NCBI GenBank assembly: GCA_965230345.1
Contig: CBDDKR010000001.1
Coordinates: 257,079-321,078 of the forward strand
Direction: 5' to 3'
DNA: 64,000 nt
DNA from: Saprospiraceae bacterium
GTDB taxonomy: Bacteria > Bacteroidota > Bacteroidia > Chitinophagales > Saprospiraceae
In this document: piece by piece, positions 29,007-38,469 of the stretch
Layout: each line of letters opens with the position of its first letter
How positions within the stretch are numbered: position 1 is the first letter of the stretch
Notes under the pieces: model-generated
What the model was told of the DNA's origin: nothing
Database searches by the model: none
What the model saw: only the letters and a program-made list of their open reading frames with translations
Program-made: the position numbers and the translations under genes

Positions 29007-31028
29007 ATGAATCTTAGAAATATAATATTTATTGCTTCGCTTGTATTAATGAACATCACTTTGATTGCACAACCAACAACTAAAGTGACGTATGAAACAA
29101 AATTAGAGGTGGCAGATGAAGCTGCTCGATCTAGTGACTATTATACAGCGATCAAATGGTTTGGTGAAGCTTATAAAGAAAGCAAGGACATAACGTTACA
29201 AATTGTAATGGGTGATATGTATGCCTTAGCAAGAGATTATAAGAGAGCAGCTAAGATTTACGAAAGGGTAATCAAAAGAGATAAGAATGGAGACTTCTTC
29301 GAGTTAAAGGCTGATTTAGGAAGAATGTATAAATACCAAGGACTGTATAAAGAAGCGGTAACAGAGTTTCAGAAAGTTCTAGCAGATACAGAAGTCAGTG
29401 ATGAGGTGAAAGAAGAAGTAAAGAGAGAGTTAGCTGGTATCGAGTCTATGGACGGATTAAATGATAATTTGGAAGCTGTTATTGCATTTATGCCAGGAAA
29501 AGTAAATTCTGGTTCGGCCGAATCATCACCAGCTTTAACGCCAGATGGAACATTGTATTTTTCATCTTTTAATCGATCAAAGACCATCATATTTGATGGT
29601 GATCAGGGAGATTATCATGCAAAGATTTATAGTTCAGAATCTGACGATAAAGGTGAGTATAAAAGACCGAAAGCTGTCAACGATAAGGTTAACAGAGAAG
29701 GGTTTAATAGTGGAGGTGTGTCTTTTTCTAGAGATGGAAAAACAATGTATTTCACTAGAGCAAAATTGTTGAATAATGCGATAGAGACTTCTCAGATTTA
29801 TATGTCTAGAAAAACCGATAGAGGTTGGGGCGCTGCTGAGTTGTTGACCAATCTTGAAGGTGATTTTAATTGCAAACATCCTGTAGAAGGTGAATTGTTT
29901 GGTCAAAAGGTTCTGTATTTTTCTTCTGACATGGATGGAGGAAAAGGAGGTTATGATATCTATTATTGTGATATAGACTCAGATGAATTTGGGCTTCCTG
30001 TTAATCTTGGTGATATTGTAAACACATCAGGTGATGAAATTAGTCCATTCTATATTAATGGAACACTTTACTTCTCGAGTAATGGGCTGCCCAATATTGG
30101 TGGATATGATATTTTCTATTCTCAATGGAATGGGAGTAGTTGGGACGATCCTACCAATATGGGGTTCAATTATAATTCTTCTTACGACGATATGTTCTTG
30201 AGATTTGATAATAAAGGATCTAATGGGTTTCTTGTATCAAATAGACCTGATAAGAATAAGAAGAAGATGAAGGGTAATGAAAGTTGTTGCGATGACATCT
30301 ATACGGTATATATCAAGGAATTGGTCATCGATTTAGAAGCTATTGTTAATGATGAAAAAGGACCATTAAAGGGAGCAACTATAGAACTGTTTGATTTGAC
30401 TCTTGGTGCATATCCGGATAGCAAAACAGGTTTTGACAATAATAAATTTAGGTTCCAATTGGAAGCAGACAGAGAGTATAAGGCATTCGTGACAAAGGAT
30501 GGATTCTATCCTGACTCTATTATGTTTAATACCAATGGGATAATTGATGATTACACTATTTCTAAAACGGTTCAGTTGAAGCCAAGACCAGAAGATGATA
30601 AGTCTGATGTTGAAATCATTACCATCAACGAACCAATAAGATTGAATAATATATACTACGATTTTGATAAGGCCAATATCCTTCCAGATGCTGAAAAGGA
30701 CTTAGAAGTCTTACTGGATTTACTTTTGGAATATGATGATATGACTATTGAATTATCATCGCATACAGATTCTCAGGGTAAGGCACCGTACAACCAAAGA
30801 TTGTCTCAAAGAAGAGCGAACTCGGCTAAAAAGTGGTTGGTAGAAGAAGGCATTGAGTCTAAAAGGATAAAAGCCGTTGGATACGGAGAGTCTGTGATTT
30901 TGAATCATTGTACAGATGGAAAGAGATGTAGCGATGAGGAGCATAGGTTGAATCGTAGAACCGAGTTTAAGATCCTTACTGGTCCTAAAACCATTGAGAT
31001 TAAGAAGGAAAAACTAAAAAAAAAGTAG
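29007..31028 (+). CDS. OmpA-family protein with TPR, TolB-like (PD40) beta-propeller repeats, carboxypeptidase-regulatory-like domain and C-terminal OmpA domain
   Basis: Signal peptide from the ATG at 29007. TPR-like helices are present. Repeated SP.L.PDG..LYFSS / GGYDIYY motifs occur. The C-terminal domain reads IELSSHTDSQG..YNQRLSQRRANSAKKWL...NRRTEFKIL. Confidence 0.8.
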   Translation: MNLRNIIFIASLVLMNITLIAQPTTKVTYETKLEVADEAARSSDYYTAIKWFGEAYKESKDITLQIVMGDMYALARDYKRAAKIYERVIKRDKNGDFFELKADLGRMYKYQGLYKEAVTEFQKVLADTEVSDEVKEEVKRELAGIESMDGLNDNLEAVIAFMPGKVNSGSAESSPALTPDGTLYFSSFNRSKTIIFDGDQGDYHAKIYSSESDDKGEYKRPKAVNDKVNREGFNSGGVSFSRDGKTMYFTRAKLLNNAIETSQIYMSRKTDRGWGAAELLTNLEGDFNCKHPVEGELFGQKVLYFSSDMDGGKGGYDIYYCDIDSDEFGLPVNLGDIVNTSGDEISPFYINGTLYFSSNGLPNIGGYDIFYSQWNGSSWDDPTNMGFNYNSSYDDMFLRFDNKGSNGFLVSNRPDKNKKKMKGNESCCDDIYTVYIKELVIDLEAIVNDEKGPLKGATIELFDLTLGAYPDSKTGFDNNKFRFQLEADREYKAFVTKDGFYPDSIMFNTNGIIDDYTISKTVQLKPRPEDDKSDVEIITINEPIRLNNIYYDFDKANILPDAEKDLEVLLDLLLEYDDMTIELSSHTDSQGKAPYNQRLSQRRANSAKKWLVEEGIESKRIKAVGYGESVILNHCTDGKRCSDEEHRLNRRTEFKILTGPKTIEIKKEKLKKK

Positions 31029-31072
31029 GTAGTTCTAATACCTTTCAGAAGAATTCTAGTGCTAAGTTAACC

Positions 31073-31408
31073 GTGTCAAAGGTTCCTGTAATTACCTTTG
31101 AACACAACGATATTTTTATAGGTCAAATAGTAAAAGGTGAATCTAGAGAAGTCGTATTTAAGTTTAAAAATACGGGAAATGCACCTTTGAAGATTGATTT
31201 AGTGACAAGTTGTAAATGCGCCAGTATTGATTTTCCAAGAGGTGAAATCCTCCCAGGAGAAGGAGGTAAGATTGTAGTTCTGTACGATACCTCAACTCAA
31301 GATGTTGGAAAAGTTAGAAAGACTATCGATATCATCGCGAATACTGATCCCATCGTTGTAGAAGCATTTTTTAGGACTGAAATATTGCCAAAAAATAAAA
31401 GAGGTTAA
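31073..31408 (+). CDS. DUF1573 domain protein (no ATG, no signal peptide; see finding)
   Basis: ITFEHNDIFIGQIVKGESREVVFKFKNTGNAPLKIDLVTSCKCAS...PGEGGKIVVLYDT matches the DUF1573 pattern. The only candidate start is the GTG at 31073. The frame is open back to 31004. Confidence 0.65.
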   Translation: MSKVPVITFEHNDIFIGQIVKGESREVVFKFKNTGNAPLKIDLVTSCKCASIDFPRGEILPGEGGKIVVLYDTSTQDVGKVRKTIDIIANTDPIVVEAFFRTEILPKNKRG

Positions 31409-31409
31409 T

Positions 31410-31976
31410 GTGGATTTATTGTCTGGCTTAGCTGTTTTTTTTAGTGTTGTTTATGTAGTGTTGGCTGCAATAAACACGAAGTGGTGTTTTTTATTTGGAT
31501 TTATTGGAAGTCTGATATGGTGTTACTTGGATTATTATGTTTATAATCTACTGTTTGATGGAGGACTACAGATTTTTTATGCTATTATGTCCATATGGGG
31601 ATTTATAGTATGGGGGAAGAACAAGGCGTCCAAGCCATCCGTAATAAAGAGATTCTCACTTGCTCAGAATGGATTAATATTGCTTTTTGGTATTTCAGTG
31701 TCTTTTGTGTTAATATGGCTTGTTACTCAAATTGCTGATCCAAGTTTTGCATTCTTAGATGCTATTACTACTGTTTTTTCCGTATTGGCCACGTTTATGA
31801 TCATTCATAAGTACATCGACAATTGGATTTATCTCTTGGTATGTGACCTATTGTATATTTACATATATACCCAGTCTGAGGCTTTCATCTTCGCATGGAT
31901 TATGGTATTGTATTCTATCTTGGCAGTGGTAGGCTTCGTGAAGTGGGATCGAATCCTGAAATCCCAATCCGTCTAG
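31410..31976 (+). CDS. pnuC: Nicotinamide riboside transporter PnuC-like membrane protein
   Basis: 188 aa with 7 predicted TM helices and Trp-rich helix ends, as in the PnuC family. GTG start lies 1 nt after the upstream stop. Called on overall resemblance. Confidence 0.55.
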   Translation: MDLLSGLAVFFSVVYVVLAAINTKWCFLFGFIGSLIWCYLDYYVYNLLFDGGLQIFYAIMSIWGFIVWGKNKASKPSVIKRFSLAQNGLILLFGISVSFVLIWLVTQIADPSFAFLDAITTVFSVLATFMIIHKYIDNWIYLLVCDLLYIYIYTQSEAFIFAWIMVLYSILAVVGFVKWDRILKSQSV

Positions 31977-32230
31977 GAACAAGAAAATGTAGTTGAAGTT
32001 TTGAATTAATCAAATTGTCCTATTTGTCCACGGTTTTGTGGTGTTTTAAGCAAACAAGAAAGGCTTTACTGAAATCCAAATTTAAGAAGGCATATTTATG
32101 CTGCAAATCTTTTAAGTAGAATAATTCTAAATAAGAGCAAAAGGAGATCATATATTTATCTTTTAATACGTATATGCTAGGGAGTATTGATATATTTGCG
32201 CCAAATTTTAGAAAATTAAACAATTTACAA

Positions 32231-33658
32231 GTGAGTAATCATAGAAAAAGTAATGGTTTTTTGACTTCAATCTTTGGGAAAAGCGCTCCTGCTTACGCTA
32301 AAGGAGGAAGTTACCATTCGCTTAAAAAGGGAGCTGATATTAAGCTTGCTGGAGAAGCGGATGAGACGTTATTAGATGTGAATGTGACAAGATTTGCTCT
32401 TCAACCTCATCTTTATGGACTTATGTCGCCTATTCCAAAAGTCAATTTTGCTATAGGTGATGAAGTAAAGGCAGGTGATGCCCTTTTCTATGATAAAAAG
32501 AGACCAGAAATTCAATATGCGTCTCCAGTAAGTGGTGAAGTTGTAGAATTGATTCGTGGTCCTAAAAGGGCTATTCATCAGATTGTTATTCTTGCAGATA
32601 AGGAGAATAAATACAAGTCATGGAATGTGCCTTCTGATTCTGCATCTAGAGAGGACTTAGTTGCATTTATGGCTAAAACTGGAGCTTGGGCAACGATTAA
32701 TCAAAGACCTTTTGACATTGTACCTCATTTGGATAGCAAGCCGAAGAACATTTTTATCTCAACATTTGATTCTTCTCCTTTAGCACCTAATTTGAATTTC
32801 GTTGTAAATGGTAAAGAAGCTTATTTCCAAAAAGGTCTTGATGTCTTAGGAAGATTAACAGAAGGAAAGGTTTATCTGGGATTGGATGCGGATGGAATAA
32901 ACGAACCAAATAAAGCATTCACTCAGGCTGAAGGTGTTGAAAAGCATTGGTTTTCTGGAAAACACCCAGCAGGGAATGTTGGTATACAAATACATCATAT
33001 CAATCCTATCAAAGCAGGGGAGAATGTTTGGACACTAGATGTTCAAGCAGTTATTTCTCTTGGAAAACTGTTTACGGATGGCGTATTCGATCAATCTAGA
33101 ACTGTTGCCATTACAGGACATGCTCTAAGTACGCATGGTTATGTCAATACATACTTAGGCGCAAATGTTAGTGAGTTGTTGGCTTCCAATAAATTACAAG
33201 AGAATTCGCGATTGATTGCTGGAAATGTTCTTTCAGGAAGAATTGGCGAAGAGCACTTTTATTTAGGCCATAAGGACACTCACATTACGGCTATTTCAGA
33301 AGGAAATCAATACGAATTGTTTGGTTGGTTACTTCCATTAAAACCAAGACCAAGTTTATCAAATACATTCCCGAATTTTCTTTTCCCTAATCACAAATTT
33401 GAAGTTAATACCAACACCCATGGTGAAGGTCGTGCTATCGTAGTAAGTGGTCAGTATGAAGAAGTTCTTCCTATGAATATATATCCAATGCATTTGGTTA
33501 AAGCAATCTTAGCAAATGATTTTGAAAGAATGGAAGGATTGGGGATCTATGAATTGACTGAAGAAGATGTAGCATTATGTGAATTTGCATGTACATCAAA
33601 AACTCCTGTTCAGCAAATTCTTAGACAAGGATTGAATACAATGCTTGAACAGCAATAA
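32231..33658 (+). CDS. nqrA: Na+-translocating NADH:quinone oxidoreductase subunit A (start uncertain: 32174 ATG, 32231 GTG or 32261 TTG)
   Basis: KKGADIKLAGEA...IGDEVKAGDALFYDKKRPEIQYASPVSGEV and HGEGRAIVVSGQYEEVLPM. It is the first gene of the nqrABCDEF cluster. A TAtaTTTG motif at 32191-32198 lies downstream of the 32174 ATG. Confidence 0.9.
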   Translation: MSNHRKSNGFLTSIFGKSAPAYAKGGSYHSLKKGADIKLAGEADETLLDVNVTRFALQPHLYGLMSPIPKVNFAIGDEVKAGDALFYDKKRPEIQYASPVSGEVVELIRGPKRAIHQIVILADKENKYKSWNVPSDSASREDLVAFMAKTGAWATINQRPFDIVPHLDSKPKNIFISTFDSSPLAPNLNFVVNGKEAYFQKGLDVLGRLTEGKVYLGLDADGINEPNKAFTQAEGVEKHWFSGKHPAGNVGIQIHHINPIKAGENVWTLDVQAVISLGKLFTDGVFDQSRTVAITGHALSTHGYVNTYLGANVSELLASNKLQENSRLIAGNVLSGRIGEEHFYLGHKDTHITAISEGNQYELFGWLLPLKPRPSLSNTFPNFLFPNHKFEVNTNTHGEGRAIVVSGQYEEVLPMNIYPMHLVKAILANDFERMEGLGIYELTEEDVALCEFACTSKTPVQQILRQGLNTMLEQQ

Positions 33659-33696
33659 TATTTACAACTATTTTAAAACTACAATAGATAATTTTA

Positions 33697-34950
33697 ATGG
33701 GGCTAATAGATTTTTTTAAAAAAATAGAACCAGACAAGAAGAAAAGTCCGTTCATGCATACGCTATTCGATGCGGTCTTTACTTTTGCTTATGCGCCTAA
33801 CTCGGTTACTAAAGGTGGCGTCCATGTCAAAGATGGTATGGATTTGAAGCGATTGATGGTACACGTGGTTTTGGCGATGCAATTGTGTTACTTGTTTGGA
33901 ACATATAATATAGGGCACCAGCATTTCACTGCATCTGGTCAGTACTTAGAGTTTTTCGAAGGGTTTAATTTGAAATTGGCTCACGGTCTAATCATGATGT
34001 TGCCTATGTTTTTAGTGGCACATGTAGTGGGATTGGGAATTGAAATTCTATATGCTGCTAAGAAAGGCCATGCTGTGGAAGAAGGATTTTTGGTGTCAGG
34101 TGCACTTATTCCATTGATTATGCCACCAGATATTCCTCTTTGGATTTTAGCAGTAGCGGTAGCTTTTGCGGTTATTCTTGGAAAGGAAGCATTCGGTGGA
34201 ACAGGTATGAATATATGGAACGTAGCATTACTTTCAAGAGTATTTATCTTCTTTGCTTATCCTACGACCATCTCTGGAGATCAAGTATGGGTTTCTGGTT
34301 TTGATGGATTATCTGCTGGTACAGTTGCTGAATACGGATGGTGGCATACATCATTTTTTAACAGCATTTTTGCCGCATTTGATTGGCCTGTCTTTGAAGC
34401 CGCCAAAACCGCCATTGTTGATGGATTTACTGGAGCGACTCCTTTGGCCTTAGCCTATGAAGGTGGATGGGAAAGAGTGACGCAGGTGTACTCCGAAAAT
34501 GAAATGTTATGGGGATTAATACCAGGATCAATTGGTGAAACAGCTAAACCACTTATCGTAGTGGGTGCTTTGTTCCTTATTGTAACTAAAGTTGCAAGTT
34601 GGAGAATCATGTTAAGTATGTTCTTAGGACTTATCGTTGGTACATTGATGATGAATGCATTCGGAACATCGGCATTCTCTCAGGTGACTTGGACAGAACA
34701 CTTATTGATGGGATCATTCTTATTTGCAATGGCATTTATGGCTACTGATCCTGTTACAGCTTCCTCTACGAATAAAGGGAAATGGATCTATGGATTTTTG
34801 ATAGGTATTATAGGTATTATAATTCGTGTAAATAATGCAGCATATCCTGAAGGATGGATGTTAGCAATATTATTTTTAAATACATTTTCACCTCTTATTG
34901 ATCACTACGTGATAGAGGCAAACATTAAAAAACGTTTACAAAGTGCATAA
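33697..34950 (+). CDS. nqrB: Na+-NQR subunit B
   Basis: Polytopic membrane protein with the motifs GKEAFGGTGMN, GATPLA and FMATDPVT, in the second position of the operon. Confidence 0.93.
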   Translation: MGLIDFFKKIEPDKKKSPFMHTLFDAVFTFAYAPNSVTKGGVHVKDGMDLKRLMVHVVLAMQLCYLFGTYNIGHQHFTASGQYLEFFEGFNLKLAHGLIMMLPMFLVAHVVGLGIEILYAAKKGHAVEEGFLVSGALIPLIMPPDIPLWILAVAVAFAVILGKEAFGGTGMNIWNVALLSRVFIFFAYPTTISGDQVWVSGFDGLSAGTVAEYGWWHTSFFNSIFAAFDWPVFEAAKTAIVDGFTGATPLALAYEGGWERVTQVYSENEMLWGLIPGSIGETAKPLIVVGALFLIVTKVASWRIMLSMFLGLIVGTLMMNAFGTSAFSQVTWTEHLLMGSFLFAMAFMATDPVTASSTNKGKWIYGFLIGIIGIIIRVNNAAYPEGWMLAILFLNTFSPLIDHYVIEANIKKRLQSA

Positions 34951-35686
34951 TACAGGGTATATAATAAGATTTGTATTGATTATGACGACAGTGGTTGCCT
35001 TAATATTGGCGTTGCTTTCCACTGGTCTGAAAGATATTCATGATCAAAATGAAGCTATTTACAATAAAAAAGCAATACTTGGTGCCATAGCAGAATCTGC
35101 AGGAATTGATATGTCTACCATCAAGGATAATGATGTATTAGAGATCTTCCAAAACCAGATGCAACAACATGTAGTTGATGCTCAAGGAAAAGAAGTATCT
35201 AAAGAGGCTGTAGAAGCTCTTGGATATGTTGGAGGAATGGCTGAGAATGTTGACATGTCTAAGGAAATCAAAAAAGCTGAGAAGGACAGAGTCTTTCCAG
35301 TTTATGTTTACAATGGTGATAAAGAAAAACTATATATTCTTACTGTAAGAGGTAAAGGATTATGGGATGAAATATGGGGGAATATCGCTCTTAATAGTGA
35401 TTTAAATACAATTGCAGGTGTGGCTTTTGATCATAAGCAAGAGACACCTGGATTGGGTGCTGAAATCAAAGATAATCCTGGATTTTACAAGCAGTTTGCT
35501 GGTAAAAAAATATTCAAGGATAATGGAGAGTATGTATCTGTAGATGTAGTTAAAGGTGGGGCTAAAGACCCTGTTCATGAAGTGGATGGGATTTCAGGAG
35601 CTACGATTACTGCTGATGGAGTTGCAGATATGATGTATAAAGGATTGGCATTATACCAGCCTTATTTAAATTCAATTAAAAAATAA
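34943..35686 (+). CDS. nqrC: Na+-NQR subunit C
   Basis: Single N-terminal TM helix. ETPGLGAEI and DGISGATIT (FMN attachment motif SGAT) are present. GTG start overlaps the nqrB end. Confidence 0.93.
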   Translation: MHNTGYIIRFVLIMTTVVALILALLSTGLKDIHDQNEAIYNKKAILGAIAESAGIDMSTIKDNDVLEIFQNQMQQHVVDAQGKEVSKEAVEALGYVGGMAENVDMSKEIKKAEKDRVFPVYVYNGDKEKLYILTVRGKGLWDEIWGNIALNSDLNTIAGVAFDHKQETPGLGAEIKDNPGFYKQFAGKKIFKDNGEYVSVDVVKGGAKDPVHEVDGISGATITADGVADMMYKGLALYQPYLNSIKK

Positions 35687-35691
35687 TTCTG

Positions 35692-36393
35692 ATGGCTGAA
35701 GTAAAAGAATTAGGAAATAAAAAAGAGTCGTCAATTAGTTTTGGTAAAGCAGAGAAAAAGCTACTTACCGATCCTTTAAATGACAATAACCCAATTACGG
35801 TTCAGGTACTTGGAATTTGTTCAGCTCTTGCTGTAACTACAGGTGTAAAGAATGCTTTTGTAATGGCTGTATCGGTGGTTTTCGTGACCACACTTGCGAA
35901 TTTCATTACTTCTTTATTGAGAAATGCAATTCCAAAGCAAGTTAGGATGATTGTTCAACTGGTCATTATTGCAACATTGGTGACAATAGTGGAATTGACT
36001 TTGAAAGCTGTAAGTTTTGAAAGTTATAAGCAGCTGTCTGTATTTATTGGACTTATCATTACCAACTGTATTGTAATGGGACGATTGGAAGCTTTTGCTA
36101 TGGGGAACAATCCGTATAGATCACTTCTTGATGGTATTGGTAATGGTGTAGGATATGGAATTATTTTGATTGTTGTAGCAGCGATTAGAGAATTCTTCGG
36201 TAAAGGATCTTTTTGGAATTACAAGATCATTGGAAATTCACCAGATTACCTTTTAAATACAGCTGAAATATCTTGGTTGGGTTGGTATGCCAACAATAAC
36301 TTGATGGTGCTTTTCCCATCGGCGATGTTTGTAATTGCTGTATTGATTTGGGTGCATAGAGCATGGAATAAGAAATTGGTTGATATATCTTAA
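35692..36393 (+). CDS. nqrD: Na+-NQR subunit D
   Basis: LGICSALAVT and FIGLIITNCIV motifs, typical of NqrD/RnfE. Confidence 0.93.
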   Translation: MAEVKELGNKKESSISFGKAEKKLLTDPLNDNNPITVQVLGICSALAVTTGVKNAFVMAVSVVFVTTLANFITSLLRNAIPKQVRMIVQLVIIATLVTIVELTLKAVSFESYKQLSVFIGLIITNCIVMGRLEAFAMGNNPYRSLLDGIGNGVGYGIILIVVAAIREFFGKGSFWNYKIIGNSPDYLLNTAEISWLGWYANNNLMVLFPSAMFVIAVLIWVHRAWNKKLVDIS

Positions 36394-36418
36394 GGTTAAA
36401 ATTTAGAAAAATATAATA

Positions 36419-37012
36419 ATGAGTTTAGTAGATTTATTTATAAAATCGGCATTCATTGAAAATTTGGCTTTGTCCTATTTCTTGGGAATGTGTTCTTACC
36501 TGGCAGTATCTAAGACGGTAAAAACAGCTTTCGGATTAGGATTAGCAGTAATTTTTGTCTTGGGTATAACAATGCCGATCAATTGGTTGATTAATACCTA
36601 TTTGTTAAGTGAAACAGGATTGTTAGGTATGGATCTTACCTTTTTGAGATTCATTCTGTTTATTGCGGTAATCGCATCTATGGTACAGTTGGTAGAAATG
36701 GTAGTTGAGAAGTTCTCACCATCTTTATATAATTCATTAGGTATTTTCTTGCCATTGATTACAGTGAACTGTGCAATTCTAGGTGGATCATTGTTTATGG
36801 TATCAAAAGAGTATGGATTTGCGGAATCGGTATCCTTCGGATTAGGAGGTGGATTTGGTTGGTTCTTAGCGATTGTCGCTATCGCAGCTATCCGTGAAAA
36901 AATGAGATATAGTAATGTTCCTCCAGCTATGCGTGGTCTTGGAATGGCATTTTTGCTGACAGGAATGATGGGACTTGCTTTTATGAGTTTGATGGGTATT
37001 GATTTAGGATAA
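36419..37012 (+). CDS. nqrE: Na+-NQR subunit E
   Basis: [18 protein letters not shown] and [13 protein letters not shown] motifs, typical of NqrE/RnfA. Confidence 0.93.
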   Translation: MSLVDLFIKSAFIENLALSYFLGMCSYLAVSKTVKTAFGLGLAVIFVLGITMPINWLINTYLLSETGLLGMDLTFLRFILFIAVIASMVQLVEMVVEKFSPSLYNSLGIFLPLITVNCAILGGSLFMVSKEYGFAESVSFGLGGGFGWFLAIVAIAAIREKMRYSNVPPAMRGLGMAFLLTGMMGLAFMSLMGIDLG

Positions 37013-37054
37013 TCTAAGTCTAGTAATTAGATAATAATATAAAAGAATAATAAA

Positions 37055-38407
37055 ATGGTATCATTTATTTTAGCTACTGGATACATGCCAATATTGTTTG
37101 CAGTTTTGGTATTTAGTGGTGTAATAATCTTGCTTTCTTTTATGCTGATTTTTGCAAGAAAGAAGCTAATGCCTCAAGGAGATGTTAAATTAATCATCAA
37201 TGGCGACGAAAGTAAGCCTGTGATGGCAGCTCCAGGATCTTCATTACTATCTGTATTAGGTGAGAATAATGTATTCTTACCTTCTGCTTGTGGTGGTGGT
37301 GGAACATGTGCAATGTGTGAATGTCACGTTTACGAAGGTGGTGGTGATGTACTTCCTACGGAAATGAACCACTTGACTAGAAAGGAAGCAGCTGAAGGTA
37401 AAAGATTGGCTTGTCAAGTTAAGGTTAGAAATGATATGAAGATTGGCATTCCTGAAGAAATCTTTGGAATTAAGAAATGGGAATGTGAAGTGATTTCGAA
37501 TTATAATGTGGCGACCTTTATCAAGGAGTTTATCGTAAGATTGCCAGAGGGTGAAACATTGGATTTCCAAGCTGGTGGTTACATACAAATAGATGTGCCT
37601 GAGGTAACGGTAGATTACAAGGACATCGACATTACTGCTCACCCTAAATACCATGATTCTCCTGATAAATTCCAGAAAGACTGGGATCAATTCAAGATGT
37701 GGGATCTTAAAATGGTAAACGATGAGGAGATCTTTAGAGCCTACTCAATGTCAAATCACCCAGCGGAAGGGAATATTGTGTCATTAACGATTCGAATTGC
37801 AACTCCTCCATTTAAATGGGGAACAGACTCAGAAGGAAAGCGTAAGTGGGAAGGATATCAAGACATCAATCCTGGTATATGTTCTTCATACATATTCTCG
37901 AGAAAACCTGGTGATAAGGTGACGGTTTCAGGTCCTTATGGAGAATTCTTCATTAAAGAGACGGAAGCAGAGATGTTGTACATTGGCGGTGGTGCTGGAA
38001 TGGCTCCGATGAGATCACATTTGTATCACTTATTCCATACATTAAAAACAGGTAGAAAAGTTACTTTCTTCTACGGAGGTAGAACAAAAAAAGAATTATT
38101 CTATGTAGAAGAGTTTAGAGAAATCGAGAAGCAGTTTCCTAACTTCAGATTTGTAATCGCATTGGATAATCCGTTACCTGAAGATAATTGGACTCTAAAG
38201 GAGAATTTAGATGATCCAAATGGTGATGGCTTCAAGGGATTTGTTCATAATGTCGTAATTGATCAATTCCTAAGCAAGCATGAAGCGCCAGAAGAAATAG
38301 AATTGTATTTCTGTGGACCTCCAATGATGAACCAATCCGTTATTAAAATGGCGGATGATTGGGGAATACCTAAAGAGAATGTTTCCTTCGATGATTTCGG
38401 TGGATAA
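37055..38407 (+). CDS. nqrF: Na+-NQR subunit F
   Basis: N-terminal TM helix and the 2Fe-2S ferredoxin motif CGGGGTCAMCEC. RAYSMSN (FAD binding) and GGGAGMAPMRS (NAD binding) are also present. Confidence 0.95.
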   Translation: MVSFILATGYMPILFAVLVFSGVIILLSFMLIFARKKLMPQGDVKLIINGDESKPVMAAPGSSLLSVLGENNVFLPSACGGGGTCAMCECHVYEGGGDVLPTEMNHLTRKEAAEGKRLACQVKVRNDMKIGIPEEIFGIKKWECEVISNYNVATFIKEFIVRLPEGETLDFQAGGYIQIDVPEVTVDYKDIDITAHPKYHDSPDKFQKDWDQFKMWDLKMVNDEEIFRAYSMSNHPAEGNIVSLTIRIATPPFKWGTDSEGKRKWEGYQDINPGICSSYIFSRKPGDKVTVSGPYGEFFIKETEAEMLYIGGGAGMAPMRSHLYHLFHTLKTGRKVTFFYGGRTKKELFYVEEFREIEKQFPNFRFVIALDNPLPEDNWTLKENLDDPNGDGFKGFVHNVVIDQFLSKHEAPEEIELYFCGPPMMNQSVIKMADDWGIPKENVSFDDFGG

Positions 38408-38414
38408 AAAATAC

Positions 38415-38449
38415 AAAGGGTTTTGCTTAGCAAAACCCTTTTTTTATTT
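38415..38449 (+). terminator. Strong intrinsic terminator of the nqr operon
   Basis: aaagggttttgc (38415-38426) pairs perfectly with gcaaaacccttt (38430-38441) around a 3-nt loop. A T-run follows. Confidence 0.85.
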
Positions 38450-38469
38450 TAGTAATAAAATATGAACTT

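Noticed and set aside
31945-31956. A tRNA T-arm-like string, gggatcgaatcc.
   Set aside because: It lies inside the pnuC-like coding sequence with no acceptor or anticodon arms around it. I found no tRNA, rRNA or tmRNA elsewhere in the window.
32020-32223. A 67-aa minus-strand ORF upstream of nqrA.
   Set aside because: It overlaps the nqrA promoter and start region, is low in complexity and AT-driven, and has no supporting signals.
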